34,657 nucleotides of DNA from an uncultured Actinomycetes bacterium. Its GTDB lineage: Bacteria > Actinomycetota > Thermoleophilia > UBA2241. This document shows positions 16,442 through 25,784 of the stretch, in pieces. The DNA is taken from NCBI GenBank assembly GCA_963709345.1, contig CAVPVX010000009.1:1-34657 (forward strand). Reading direction: 5' to 3'. The notes below the pieces were generated by a model that did no database searches, was not told the origin of the DNA, and was given only the letters and a program-made list of their open reading frames with translations. Position numbers and translations under genes: made by a program. Each line of letters starts with the position of its first letter. Within the stretch, counting starts at the first letter, position 1.

Positions 16442-19030
16442 ATGGCGTTCCGTACCAAGAATCGCAAGACCGAGCGCGGCGAGCTCGAGTTGCTGCGCGG
16501 GCTCGTCAGGCTTGCGAACCAGATGCAGTCCAGCCTCGCCCTCGACGCCATCGTTCACGTCATCGCCACGGCTCTGAGAGAGACCTTCGGCTTCCGCGAG
16601 GCCACGGTCTACCTGCTGGATGCGGACGGCAGCTTCGCCGCGCACGCCACAGTCGGGGAGTTCCCCGACTACGACCGGCAGATCTTCGAGCGGCCCGTGC
16701 CGCGGCGCATCTGGGACGAGCTCTTTCTCGAGAAGTACCAGATAGGCTCGTCATACTTCATCGACCGCCGTCAGCACGTGTGGACGGAGGAGCAACTCCA
16801 CTATCTTCCGGCGCTCGACCTCGGCTCGCGCGCCGAGGGCGAATGGAGTCCTGAAGACGACCTGTTTGTCCCCTTGTTCGACAAGAACCATGAGATCATG
16901 GGCGTTCTCGACCTGTACGACCCGTCGGACCGCAGGTTGCCGACCCTCGAGCTCGTCAAGTCGCTCGAAGTCTTCGCTACGCACGCGGCGGTGGCCATAG
17001 AGAACGCCCGCCAGTACGAGCAGCTCGAGGACGCAACGACGCAGCTGCAGGCGCAGCTGGCGCTGCGGCACGAGCTGCTGAGCGCCAGCGGCGCGCTGCT
17101 CTCGTCGCTCGAGCAGACGGAGGTGCTCGAGCACATCGCCGACACGCTGAAGCAGATCGTCGACTACGACACCATGGACATCCGTCTCGTGGACTTCGAG
17201 CGCGGGGTGCTCGTCGCCGTCTACGCGCGCGACGAGCACGATGAGCAGCAGATATTCGGCTTCGAGATGGCGCTGGATGAGGGCATCAGCGGCTGGGTGG
17301 TCCAGCACCGGGAGGCCCAGCTCGTCAACGACATGGACGCCGACCCGCGCGCCGTGTTCGTCCCCGGCACCCAGGAAGACGAGCCGCAGGCCTGCATCCT
17401 CGTGCCCCTGATCGTCGGCGACGAGGTGATCGGCGTGATGACGATGGACCGGCTCGGCGGTCGCACGTTCGACGAACGTGAGCTCGAGCCGGCCCGTCTT
17501 TTCGCCAACATGGCTGCCATCGCGATCCATAACGCGCGGCAGTACGACGCCCTCGAAGAGACGTCGGCGCGGCTCCAGAGCCAGCTCGCGCTGCAGCACG
17601 AGCTCATGGGCCTGAGCACGATGCTCCTCAGCTCACTCGGCCAGCAGGAGGTGTTCGCCCGCGTCACGACGATGCTCAAGGACCTCGTCGACTACGACGC
17701 GATGGACATCCGCCTTCTCGACGAGGAGACGCGGGAGCTGGTGTGCATCTACTCGCGCGACACGAACGCCGAGCAGATGGAGCGCTTCCGCATCTCGATC
17801 GACGACGGCGTGAGCGGCTGGGTCGTGCGGCACAACGAGGCGCAGCTCGTCAACGACATGGCGAACGATCCGCGGATCGTCCAGGTCCCCGGGACGGTGG
17901 AAGAGGAGCCGCAGGCGAGCATCATCGTGCCGCTGTCGGTACGCGGCAAGGTGACCGGCGTGCTGTGCCTGGACCGCATGGACGGACGCATCTTCAAGGA
18001 CGAGGAGCTCGAGCCCGCCAAGCTGTGCGCCAACCTGGCCGCCATCGCCATCCACAACGCGCGCACCTACGAAGAGATGGAGCGCCAGGCGATCAGCGAC
18101 GGGCTCACCGGGATCTACAACTACAGGCACTTCCACGAGTCGCTGAAGGCCGAAGTGAGTCGCGCCGCCCGGTACGGGGAGCAGTTCTGCCTTCTGATGA
18201 TGGACCTCGACCACTTCAAGGCGGTGAACGACACGATCGGCCACCAGAAGGGCGACGACGTGTTGCGGGCGGTCGCGGGCGTTCTGCGCAGCTGCTCGCG
18301 CGAGTCCGACCACCTGGCGCGCTACGGTGGCGAGGAGTTCGCGATGATCCTGCCGCGGACCGGTCTCGATGAGGCGCAGACCCTGGCCGAGCGCGTGCGC
18401 GCCTCGGTGGCCGCGCTCGACCCGGGGCACCCCGACCTGCTCGTCACCATGTCCATCGGCGTCTCGGCGTACCCGGAGTCGGCCGACGACAGCGATGGCG
18501 TGCTCGGCGCCGCCGACGCGGCGCTGCTCCGGGCGAAGACGCACGGCCGCAACAGGGTCTGCCTCTACAACGACGCGACCGAGGGTGTGGCGACCGAGCT
18601 CGAGGGCGATCTCGCATGCCTCGGCCGTCGCTTCGCCGCGTTCATCGGGCTCAGCGAGGCGGAGACCGCCGGGCTCGTCACCGCTCTCGCCGTGCACGAG
18701 ACCGGCGCGACCGTGCAGGACGAGGTGCAGGTCATCCTCGGCACCGGCACGAACGGCGATGCCAAGCCGAACGACGTGCGCCGGAACGCCGTGAACGCGC
18801 TCGTGTACGGGAACGAACGCTGGGACGGCGCGGGGTACCCGGAGGGGCGGCGCGGGAGCGCCATCCCCCTCGTCGCCCGCGCCTTCGCCGTCTGTCGCCG
18901 CTTCGAGGTCGCCGCGCAGAACGGCGACAGCGTCGCCGAGCTCCGCAGCCGCGCCGCGCGCGAGCTCGACCCCCGCATGGTGCAGCGCTTCGCGGCGATG
19001 CTGCGCGCCGACAAGGCCGCGCACAACTGA
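16442..19030 (+). CDS. Sensor diguanylate cyclase: 3x GAF + GGDEF + degenerate HD-GYP-like C-terminus
   Basis: Three GAF repeats ending 'A(V/I)AI(E/H)NAR', 'DGLTGIYN', 'DLDHFKAVND', I-site 'RESD' five residues before 'GGEEF', C-terminal 'ERWDGAGYPEG'. Confidence 0.9.
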   Translation: MAFRTKNRKTERGELELLRGLVRLANQMQSSLALDAIVHVIATALRETFGFREATVYLLDADGSFAAHATVGEFPDYDRQIFERPVPRRIWDELFLEKYQIGSSYFIDRRQHVWTEEQLHYLPALDLGSRAEGEWSPEDDLFVPLFDKNHEIMGVLDLYDPSDRRLPTLELVKSLEVFATHAAVAIENARQYEQLEDATTQLQAQLALRHELLSASGALLSSLEQTEVLEHIADTLKQIVDYDTMDIRLVDFERGVLVAVYARDEHDEQQIFGFEMALDEGISGWVVQHREAQLVNDMDADPRAVFVPGTQEDEPQACILVPLIVGDEVIGVMTMDRLGGRTFDERELEPARLFANMAAIAIHNARQYDALEETSARLQSQLALQHELMGLSTMLLSSLGQQEVFARVTTMLKDLVDYDAMDIRLLDEETRELVCIYSRDTNAEQMERFRISIDDGVSGWVVRHNEAQLVNDMANDPRIVQVPGTVEEEPQASIIVPLSVRGKVTGVLCLDRMDGRIFKDEELEPAKLCANLAAIAIHNARTYEEMERQAISDGLTGIYNYRHFHESLKAEVSRAARYGEQFCLLMMDLDHFKAVNDTIGHQKGDDVLRAVAGVLRSCSRESDHLARYGGEEFAMILPRTGLDEAQTLAERVRASVAALDPGHPDLLVTMSIGVSAYPESADDSDGVLGAADAALLRAKTHGRNRVCLYNDATEGVATELEGDLACLGRRFAAFIGLSEAETAGLVTALAVHETGATVQDEVQVILGTGTNGDAKPNDVRRNAVNALVYGNERWDGAGYPEGRRGSAIPLVARAFAVCRRFEVAAQNGDSVAELRSRAARELDPRMVQRFAAMLRADKAAHN

Positions 19031-19123
19031 CGCTCCTGCGCGCGGGAGACCCGCTCCGCCCCGGAAACGCCTCATTCGACCGCCTGCGGTTTCTTCGCGC
19101 CGGAAATCTGACATACTTGCTCC

Positions 19124-22072
19124 ATGGACAACGTTCGCCCCATGCGCTCCCGCAAACCCGCGCCCAAGCGAGCCGGCCGTCCGTCACGGCGCCGCGTGAT
19201 CATCGGCGTCGTCGTTGCCGTACTCATCGTCCTGATCGCCTTCGGCGGGCGAGTCCTCGGTTACTATGTCGACTGGCTGTGGTTCGGCGAGATCGGATTC
19301 CGCTCGGTGTTCTGGACGGGCATCTGGGCGCAGCTCCTGCTGGGGCTGGCCGCCTTCGTGGTGTTCTTCCTCGTCGTGGCGGCGAACGTCGAGATCGCGC
19401 GGCGTCTGGCGCCGAGCTACCGCGCCGACGAAGACGGCACCCTGCTCGAGCCGCGCAGCCCGGCGGTGCGCAAGTGGGTGGGCGTCGGCGGCGTGGCCGT
19501 CAGCGCCGTCGTCGCCTTTGCGGCGGCCGTGGCGGCCTCGGGTTCCTGGCAGACCTTCCTGCTCTACTTCAACCAGGTCGAGTGGGGCGACAAGGACGCC
19601 ATCTTCGGTCGCGATCTCTCCTTCTACGTGTTCGCCGTGCCGGCGTGGCAGAGCGTGCTCGACTTCACGCAGGCCGCGCTTGTCGCGTCGCTGATCCTCG
19701 CCGGCGTCGTGCACCTGATCATGGGCGGCATCGACTTCAAGCAGACCGGCGCCGCAGGCGCCGCAGGTTCGGGAGGCGCGGGTGGCGCCGGCGAGTCCGA
19801 GCCGACCTCGCCCTTCGCCCGCGCCCAGCGCGCCGCCGCCCCGCAGCTCCCACAGGTCGACGTCAAGCTCGGCGGTCGCGCCGTCGCACACCTCTCGGCG
19901 ATCCTCGCCGCGATCTTCATCGTCGTCGGCATCGGCCAGCTCTTCAAGGGCTGGAGCCTGCTCTACTCGACGGCCGGGGCTATCTACGGCGCCGCCTACA
20001 CCGACGTCGTCGTGCGGCTGCCGCTCACGCGGGTGACGATGGTCATCGCCTTCGTCCTCGCGGCGGCCCTCATCTGGAACATGCGCCGGCGGCATCAGTG
20101 GTGGCCGCTGGTCATCGTGGTCTGGATCGTCGCACTCGTCGTTCTGCGCGGCATCGTGCCGGCAGCGTACCAGTCGCTGGTCGTCAACCCGAACCAGCTC
20201 AGTAAGGAGCGCGAGTACATCGCCAACAACCTCGACGCCACGAAGAAGGCGTACGGGCTTCATGACATCGAGCAGGAGGCGATCTCGCCGCGCGCCACGC
20301 TCACGCCGGCGCGGCTGGACGACAACCAGGCGACGCTGCGCAACATCCGGCTGTGGGATCCCGCGACCCTGGTCACGAGCTACCGCCAGCTCCAGGAACT
20401 GCGCCCGTACTACATCTTCCTCGACGCCGACGTGGACCGCTACACGGTCAACGGCGTCTATCGCCAGACGATGCTCTCGCCGCGCGAGCTGAACACCGAC
20501 GGCCTGCCCGAGCAGGCCCAGACGTGGGTGAACCAGCACATCACCTACACGCACGGCTTCGGCGTGGCGATGAGCGCCGTGAACCAGGTCACCGCCGACG
20601 GCTCCCCGGACTTCCTCGTCCAGGACGTTCCCCCGCGGAGCGCCAAAGGGCTCGAGATCGAGCAGCCGCGCATCTACTTCGGCGAGCGCGGCACCGACTA
20701 CACGCTGGTCAACACGACCGAGGCGGAGTTCGACTACCCCGCCGCCGACGGCGACGTCTACACCGACGGCTACACGGGCACCGGCGGCGTGCCTATCTCG
20801 CCGGTCCTCAATCGTCTGGCCTTCTCGGCCCAATACGGGACGATCAAGTTCTTCACGACGTCTGCGCTCAAGAGCGACAGCCGACTGATCTTCCGCAACA
20901 ACATCCGCGAGCGGGTGCAGACGGCGGCGCCCTTCCTCGAGCTCGACCCCGACCCGTACATGGTGATCGCCGACGGCCGTCTGTGGTGGATCCAGGACGC
21001 CTACACCACGTCGGACCGCTACCCGTACGCGACTCCGCAGGGGGATCTGAACTACCTGCGCAACTCGGTCAAGATCGTGATCGACGCCTACAACGGGTCC
21101 ATGAAGTTCTACGTGTGGGACGACGAAGACCCGCTCCTCACGGCTTGGCGCGGCATCTACCCGGATCTCTTCACGCCGCGCAGTGAGGTGCCCAAGACGC
21201 TGCTCGAGCATGTCCGCTACCCCGAGGCCCTCTTCGACGTCCAGGCCGAGATCTGGCAGACCTACCACGTCGACGGACCGGAGATCCTCTACAACAAGGG
21301 CGACCAGTGGGCGATCCCGGAGAACGTCTCGACCACCGAGGGTGGCCGCATGGACTCCTACTACGTGATCATGAAGCTGCCGGGTGAGGATGAGGAGGAG
21401 TTCCTGCAGATGCTCCCCTTCGTGCCCAACGGCAGGAAGAACATGATCAGCTGGCTGGCCGCGCGCAGCGATGAGCCCCAGTACGGCAGCAAGCTGAACA
21501 TCCTGTTCTCGCGCAGCACGACCGTCTACGGCCCCAACCAGGTCGAGTCGACGATCAACCAGGACCCGGAGATCTCCGCCCAGCGCACCCTCTGGGGGCA
21601 GCAGGGTTCAGAGGTCATCCTCGGCAACCTCCTCGTCGTCCCGATCGAGGATTCGCTCCTCTACGTCCAGCCGCTGTACCTGCAGAGCGACCAGACGCAG
21701 CTGCCCCAGCTCAAGCGCGTGATCGTCTTCTACCGCGCACCCGAGTTCGAGGGCAGCGACGCCAACGCCCGTCAGGTGGTGGCCATGCGGCCGACGCTCG
21801 GCGAGGCGCTTGCGGCCGCCTTCGGCGAGACCTTCGACACCGGCAGTGCCTCGGGCGACACCCCCGCCGACACCGGCGAGACCCCCAGCCCGGGCGGCGG
21901 CCAGGCGGGCGGCGGTCTGAGCGCCGAGGCGCGCGACCTCATCGCGCGCGCGAACAGCGAGTTCAACGCCGCCCAGGAAGCGCTCAAGGCCGGCGACTTC
22001 GCCGAGTACGGCAGCCGCGTCACGGCGCTGCAGCAGGCCCTGAACGACCTGCAGCGCCTGCAGCAGCAGTAG
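19124..22072 (+). CDS. UPF0182 family membrane protein
   Basis: 982 aa. 'YVDWLWFGEIGFRSVFW', 'DAIFGRDLSFYVF', 'NIRLWDP', 'DVDRY', 'WVNQHITYTHGFG', 'PRIYFGE', 'NYLRNSVK', 'LYVQPLY'. Confidence 0.92.
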   Translation: MDNVRPMRSRKPAPKRAGRPSRRRVIIGVVVAVLIVLIAFGGRVLGYYVDWLWFGEIGFRSVFWTGIWAQLLLGLAAFVVFFLVVAANVEIARRLAPSYRADEDGTLLEPRSPAVRKWVGVGGVAVSAVVAFAAAVAASGSWQTFLLYFNQVEWGDKDAIFGRDLSFYVFAVPAWQSVLDFTQAALVASLILAGVVHLIMGGIDFKQTGAAGAAGSGGAGGAGESEPTSPFARAQRAAAPQLPQVDVKLGGRAVAHLSAILAAIFIVVGIGQLFKGWSLLYSTAGAIYGAAYTDVVVRLPLTRVTMVIAFVLAAALIWNMRRRHQWWPLVIVVWIVALVVLRGIVPAAYQSLVVNPNQLSKEREYIANNLDATKKAYGLHDIEQEAISPRATLTPARLDDNQATLRNIRLWDPATLVTSYRQLQELRPYYIFLDADVDRYTVNGVYRQTMLSPRELNTDGLPEQAQTWVNQHITYTHGFGVAMSAVNQVTADGSPDFLVQDVPPRSAKGLEIEQPRIYFGERGTDYTLVNTTEAEFDYPAADGDVYTDGYTGTGGVPISPVLNRLAFSAQYGTIKFFTTSALKSDSRLIFRNNIRERVQTAAPFLELDPDPYMVIADGRLWWIQDAYTTSDRYPYATPQGDLNYLRNSVKIVIDAYNGSMKFYVWDDEDPLLTAWRGIYPDLFTPRSEVPKTLLEHVRYPEALFDVQAEIWQTYHVDGPEILYNKGDQWAIPENVSTTEGGRMDSYYVIMKLPGEDEEEFLQMLPFVPNGRKNMISWLAARSDEPQYGSKLNILFSRSTTVYGPNQVESTINQDPEISAQRTLWGQQGSEVILGNLLVVPIEDSLLYVQPLYLQSDQTQLPQLKRVIVFYRAPEFEGSDANARQVVAMRPTLGEALAAAFGETFDTGSASGDTPADTGETPSPGGGQAGGGLSAEARDLIARANSEFNAAQEALKAGDFAEYGSRVTALQQALNDLQRLQQQ

Positions 22073-22085
22073 CTCCGGAGCCGGA

Positions 22086-22115
22086 TCGGCCGGGCCGCCT
22101 TCGGCGACCGGCCGA
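22086..22115 (+). terminator. Stem-loop after the UPF0182 gene
   Basis: TCGGCCGG...CGCC-TTC-GGCG...CCGGCCGA inverted repeat just after the stop codon. Confidence 0.4.
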
Positions 22116-22365
22116 ACCTCTCGTAGACGAACGCCCCGTCCCGATTCGCCTCGATCCGGGCACCCCAAGCGATTGACTCCACGCCCACAGCCTCAGGCGC
22201 AGGAGTCGACGAGTGCCCGGCTCGGCCGCCCCAGCCGGTGGTTGAGGCAGATGGAGGCGGCCAGGCAGAGAAAGCGAGCGAGGACACGCTCGCGCAGGCC
22301 GGTCAGGGGCGCGCCACCGTGACAGAGCTTCGCTACGACAACCACGTGACGAGCGACCCAGGGCA

Positions 22366-22850
22366 TTGACCGGTCGATCCCTCAGACAGCAGGACGGCCT
22401 CGGGCTCGTCGAGCTGCTCGTCGGCATGACCATCCCCACCATCATCACGACCATGGTCAGCCTCAGCTGGACGTCCTTGCAGAACGACGCGTGCTTCCAC
22501 AGCGTCAGGAGCAGTGAGGCGCCCAGGGCCCGCTCGCGACGCCGTCGAGCGGATGCGGCGGGAGATCCGGGACGCTCAGGCGTTGACCGGCCAGACTGGA
22601 CTCGAAGTACGGAGCCGACGGCAGGTTCACCGGCACGCCGGTGAACCTGCCGTCGGCTCCGACCTGCCGGGCGGCAACGGCGCCCATACGGACATCGTCG
22701 GCTCGCTGTTCAGCAGGGGCGACGTCGACTTCGGGGGCAGCACCGGCATCGTCATACGACCCCGACGTGCTCAACAACGACCACGTGACCACCACTACTC
22801 CGGTCACACAGATCGCTCCAGGTACCCGGCAGGAGCTGTCGCCGAACTGA
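22366..22850 (+). pseudogene. Frameshifted, internally deleted remnant of a PilW-like/PilX-like minor pilin pair
   Basis: 'GLGLVELLVGMTIPTIITTMVSLSWTSL' and, after a frameshift, 'ARDAVERMRREIRD' match the 25001 ORF. 'TDIVGSLFSRGDVDFGGSTGIV' and 'YDPDVLNN...PGTRQELSP' resemble the C-terminus of the 25785 ORF. Confidence 0.7.
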
Positions 22851-23198
22851 ATCACTGAAGACCGAGGCACAGCCCCGAAAGGCAGGGTCCTCACACATCT
22901 GTGCCTGCGGAACAGACAACCGTGAGGATCCCAGGGGCGCCGGGGCGGTCGTCAGAGCCGCGCGGCACTCCGTCTCGATCCCGCCGTGGCCCCGTTGCCC
23001 GTGCGGACTACGCATCTTGCCGCTCTCGCGCACGCACGGGCCAGTGCTTTCGTCACCGTGGTGTGAGTGCGACAATGAGAAGCCATCTCGATCCCGAGGC
23101 TCGTGAGAGGCGGGCCGCAGGGTCGCGGTCGGGCCGGGCGAAGCGTTAACCGAGAGAGAGCGGTGCCCGGCCGGGCTACGTCTGCGTGAGTGAGAGGC

Positions 23199-23225
23199 TC
23201 ACGTTTCGCCCCGACTCGCCGATAC
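23199..23225 (+). promoter_or_regulatory. Sigma-28 family (FliA/WhiG/SigD-type) promoter of the pilin cassette
   Basis: TCACGTTT-N11-GCCGATAC versus consensus TAAAGTTT-N11-GCCGATAA. It ends 37 nt before the ATG, with a GGAGG RBS between. Confidence 0.65.
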
Positions 23226-23262
23226 AGCGAATAGAGAATCCCCGCTATCCGGAGGCAGGGCA

Positions 23263-24981
23263 ATGAATAGGCACTTCTGGCAGGCCCATGAGAGGGAAGC
23301 CGGATTCAGCTTCATCGAGCTCTTGGTCACGATCATCATCGCGGGCATCGCGTTCGCGGCAATGGTCCCGATGTTCGTGGGTGCCCAGAAGGCGACGGCA
23401 GGCGCCCAGCTCCGCAACGTCACGCTGCAACTCGCGCAGGACAAGCTTGAGAAGGTCCGTGGGCTCGACTACGACTTGATCACCACGACCAACCTGCAGA
23501 GCAGTACGTTCGCGAACAGTCAGTTCGGCACGACCGTTGCGTGGACGACCGGCGGCGGCACTACGCGCACCTTCAATCTCGTGTACCGGGTGGATCTGTT
23601 GCCGGTGGGCTCCACGCCGGGACAGGAGTCCTACAAGCAAGTGACGATCACGGCCTCGTGGGTGGCTCCTCCGTCGCCTGTGAAGCCCATTCAGCTGAGC
23701 ACTATGGTCTCGAAGCAGTACGCGGGGCCGCAGATCATCCGCTTCGATGTGGGCCCCGACTCCGTCCTCGATGAGACGAGCGGAACCACGAGCATCGTCT
23801 CCGGACCCGTGGTGCTCGATGCCTACATCTCACCAGACGATATCGCGAGCATGAACCAAGCCGCGTCAGAGGCGGATCGTGGCTACGTGATCTTCACCGT
23901 GACCTCGCTGAACGGCACCAAGGTCGATTCAGCCGAGATCAAGGCGCCGGTCAGCGGCACTCCGGGCCGCTACCAGTACACTTGGGACAATTCGACGGCC
24001 GCTAACGGCGTGTACATCCTTCAGGCCGTGGCGGTGGCCGGCTTCGGCTCGCGTGCCCAGGGGATGCCGGTGAGCATTGCCCTCCAGTACACGAACAACG
24101 CGCCTCCGGCGCCCACCAGCCTGACGGCTCTGGCAGGAGACGGGACGGTCCTCCTCAACTGGATCGTCCCCGCCACAGCAGACATCGACTACTTCGAGGT
24201 CTGGCGGTCCACAGACGGCGTGACTTTCACGAAGCTTGTTGATGTGGCGATGCCGGCGACGTCTCACCTTGACAGCGGGCTGACCAATGGAACGACGTAT
24301 CACTACAAGGTGCGTGTGGTCAACGCGGAAGGGCTGTTCAGCTTCTTCACCGACATCGTCCCGGCGGTGCCGGGCGTTCCGCAGGACATCGTGGCTCCCA
24401 GCATCCCGGCACCGCTCACGGCGCAGGCGGATGCGGCGCAGCCGACCGTTCATCTGGCTTGGGCGATCTCCATCGACGGGGGCAGCCCGACGTCAGGTAT
24501 GGCGGGCTACGTACTGGAGCGCAGCCCCGACGGATCCACGTGGACGGTTCTGCAGAGCTTGTATGAGGGCAATACCTACGACGACACCGCCGCGGGCTGG
24601 TCCAGCTCCTGGCGGTACAGAGTGAAGGCGGTCGACCTGGCCGGCAACCAATCGGGCTACGCTTCCGCCGGCCCCGTCACCACCGTGGCGCCGATCCTGC
24701 GCACCCTGACCGTGACGAACGCCAGCAGACAACAGACCTACGTCTGGGTGCAGAACCCGGTTCTCGCCACGTGGTACGCCGTCAATGGTGCCGCATCCAC
24801 GACACGGCCTTCGTCCGGCGTCTGGGTGAAGAAGAACGGCAACACCATCATCTGGAACAACATGCCGACCGGCCTCTACAATGTCTACTTCCTCTCCCAG
24901 TCCTCCTGGAACGACACCAAGATCCTGAAGTCGCTGGCGGTCGATCTGAACCCCGGCAACGGCTCCGCGAGCTACCCATGA
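23263..24981 (+). CDS. Type IV minor pilin (PilV-like) with Ig-like and two fibronectin type III domains
   Basis: Class III signal peptide 'EAG|FSFIELLVTIII' (Glu+5). FN3 motifs 'PPAPTSLTA...LNW...GLTNGTTYHYKV' and 'APSIPAPLTA...LAW...YRVKAVDLAGNQS'. Confidence 0.85.
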   Translation: MNRHFWQAHEREAGFSFIELLVTIIIAGIAFAAMVPMFVGAQKATAGAQLRNVTLQLAQDKLEKVRGLDYDLITTTNLQSSTFANSQFGTTVAWTTGGGTTRTFNLVYRVDLLPVGSTPGQESYKQVTITASWVAPPSPVKPIQLSTMVSKQYAGPQIIRFDVGPDSVLDETSGTTSIVSGPVVLDAYISPDDIASMNQAASEADRGYVIFTVTSLNGTKVDSAEIKAPVSGTPGRYQYTWDNSTAANGVYILQAVAVAGFGSRAQGMPVSIALQYTNNAPPAPTSLTALAGDGTVLLNWIVPATADIDYFEVWRSTDGVTFTKLVDVAMPATSHLDSGLTNGTTYHYKVRVVNAEGLFSFFTDIVPAVPGVPQDIVAPSIPAPLTAQADAAQPTVHLAWAISIDGGSPTSGMAGYVLERSPDGSTWTVLQSLYEGNTYDDTAAGWSSSWRYRVKAVDLAGNQSGYASAGPVTTVAPILRTLTVTNASRQQTYVWVQNPVLATWYAVNGAASTTRPSSGVWVKKNGNTIIWNNMPTGLYNVYFLSQSSWNDTKILKSLAVDLNPGNGSASYP

Positions 24982-25000
24982 TGAGCAAGGCGGTAGGGCG

Positions 25001-25747
25001 ATGACACGGTGCGCGCAATCGGGGCGAATGCGCGCGCAGCGCATGGCCAGGGACGAGCGAGGCATGAGCCTCGTGGAGCTGCTCGTAGCAATGACCATCA
25101 CTGCCGTGATCTCGGTCATGATCATCCTGAGCTGGACCGCGCTCACGGGTTCGTACGCGAACACCGTCAAACGCGGAAAGGCCGCGGATTGGGCGCGCCT
25201 CTCGCTCTCGCGCATGGAGCGCGAGATCCGCGACGTCGAGCAACCGCCAGCTGCCATCAGCGAGGTGGCCATCGTGCGAGCCCGGCCGTACTACGTCGTG
25301 CTCTACACGACCTTCAACAAGTCGGGCAATGCTTCGGTCTCTACTCCGCCGCGGCTGGTGATGTACCGCCTGTACGGCAATGGAGAGCTGTGGCGCTTCC
25401 ACGACGCCGATGGCGACGGATCCATCGATGACGTGAATATCACCCTTGAGTCGTGGCCGGGGATCAACTTCCCTCCGGGCGAGCGCAGCGGCGGCGAGGG
25501 AGCACAGATCATGGCCAGCAACCTCGTGAACGCCTCGACGCCGAGCACTGCGTCTCCCACGCCGTTGTTCACCTATATCTACTACAACCCCGATGGGACG
25601 TTGGCCCGTGAGAGCGACGTTCGCGGTACAGAGAGCCGGGCGCAGATCAGGGCGGTCGAGATGAACCTTCTCATCGACCTCAACCCCGGCAAGTCACCGG
25701 TGTACACCCACCTGCGCACGACGGCGCAACTGCGCAACACAAGATGA
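25001..25747 (+). CDS. Type IV minor pilin (PilW/PulJ-like)
   Basis: 'DERG|MSLVELLVAMTI' prepilin motif, 'LSRMEREIR', C-terminal 'LRTTAQLRN'. The start could be 25028. Confidence 0.85.
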   Translation: MTRCAQSGRMRAQRMARDERGMSLVELLVAMTITAVISVMIILSWTALTGSYANTVKRGKAADWARLSLSRMEREIRDVEQPPAAISEVAIVRARPYYVVLYTTFNKSGNASVSTPPRLVMYRLYGNGELWRFHDADGDGSIDDVNITLESWPGINFPPGERSGGEGAQIMASNLVNASTPSTASPTPLFTYIYYNPDGTLARESDVRGTESRAQIRAVEMNLLIDLNPGKSPVYTHLRTTAQLRNTR

Positions 25748-25784
25748 CAGTGCGGATGGCAGAGATGACGTCCGGCGGAGGTGA

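Noticed and set aside
19746-19855. Gly/Ala-rich insertion in the UPF0182 protein
   Set aside because: In-frame low-complexity loop, not a repeat element or mobile insertion.
22855-22890. Hammerhead-like CTGAAGA...GAAA core
   Set aside because: The stem II closing pair would be C-C, and no stem I/III with an NUH cleavage site can be formed.
22860-22935. Possible c-di-GMP-I (GEMM) riboswitch upstream of the pilin genes (GGCACA...GAAA...GG)
   Set aside because: It lacks the GACGCAAAGC junction and the P3/tetraloop-receptor elements, and lies upstream of the predicted sigma-28 promoter.
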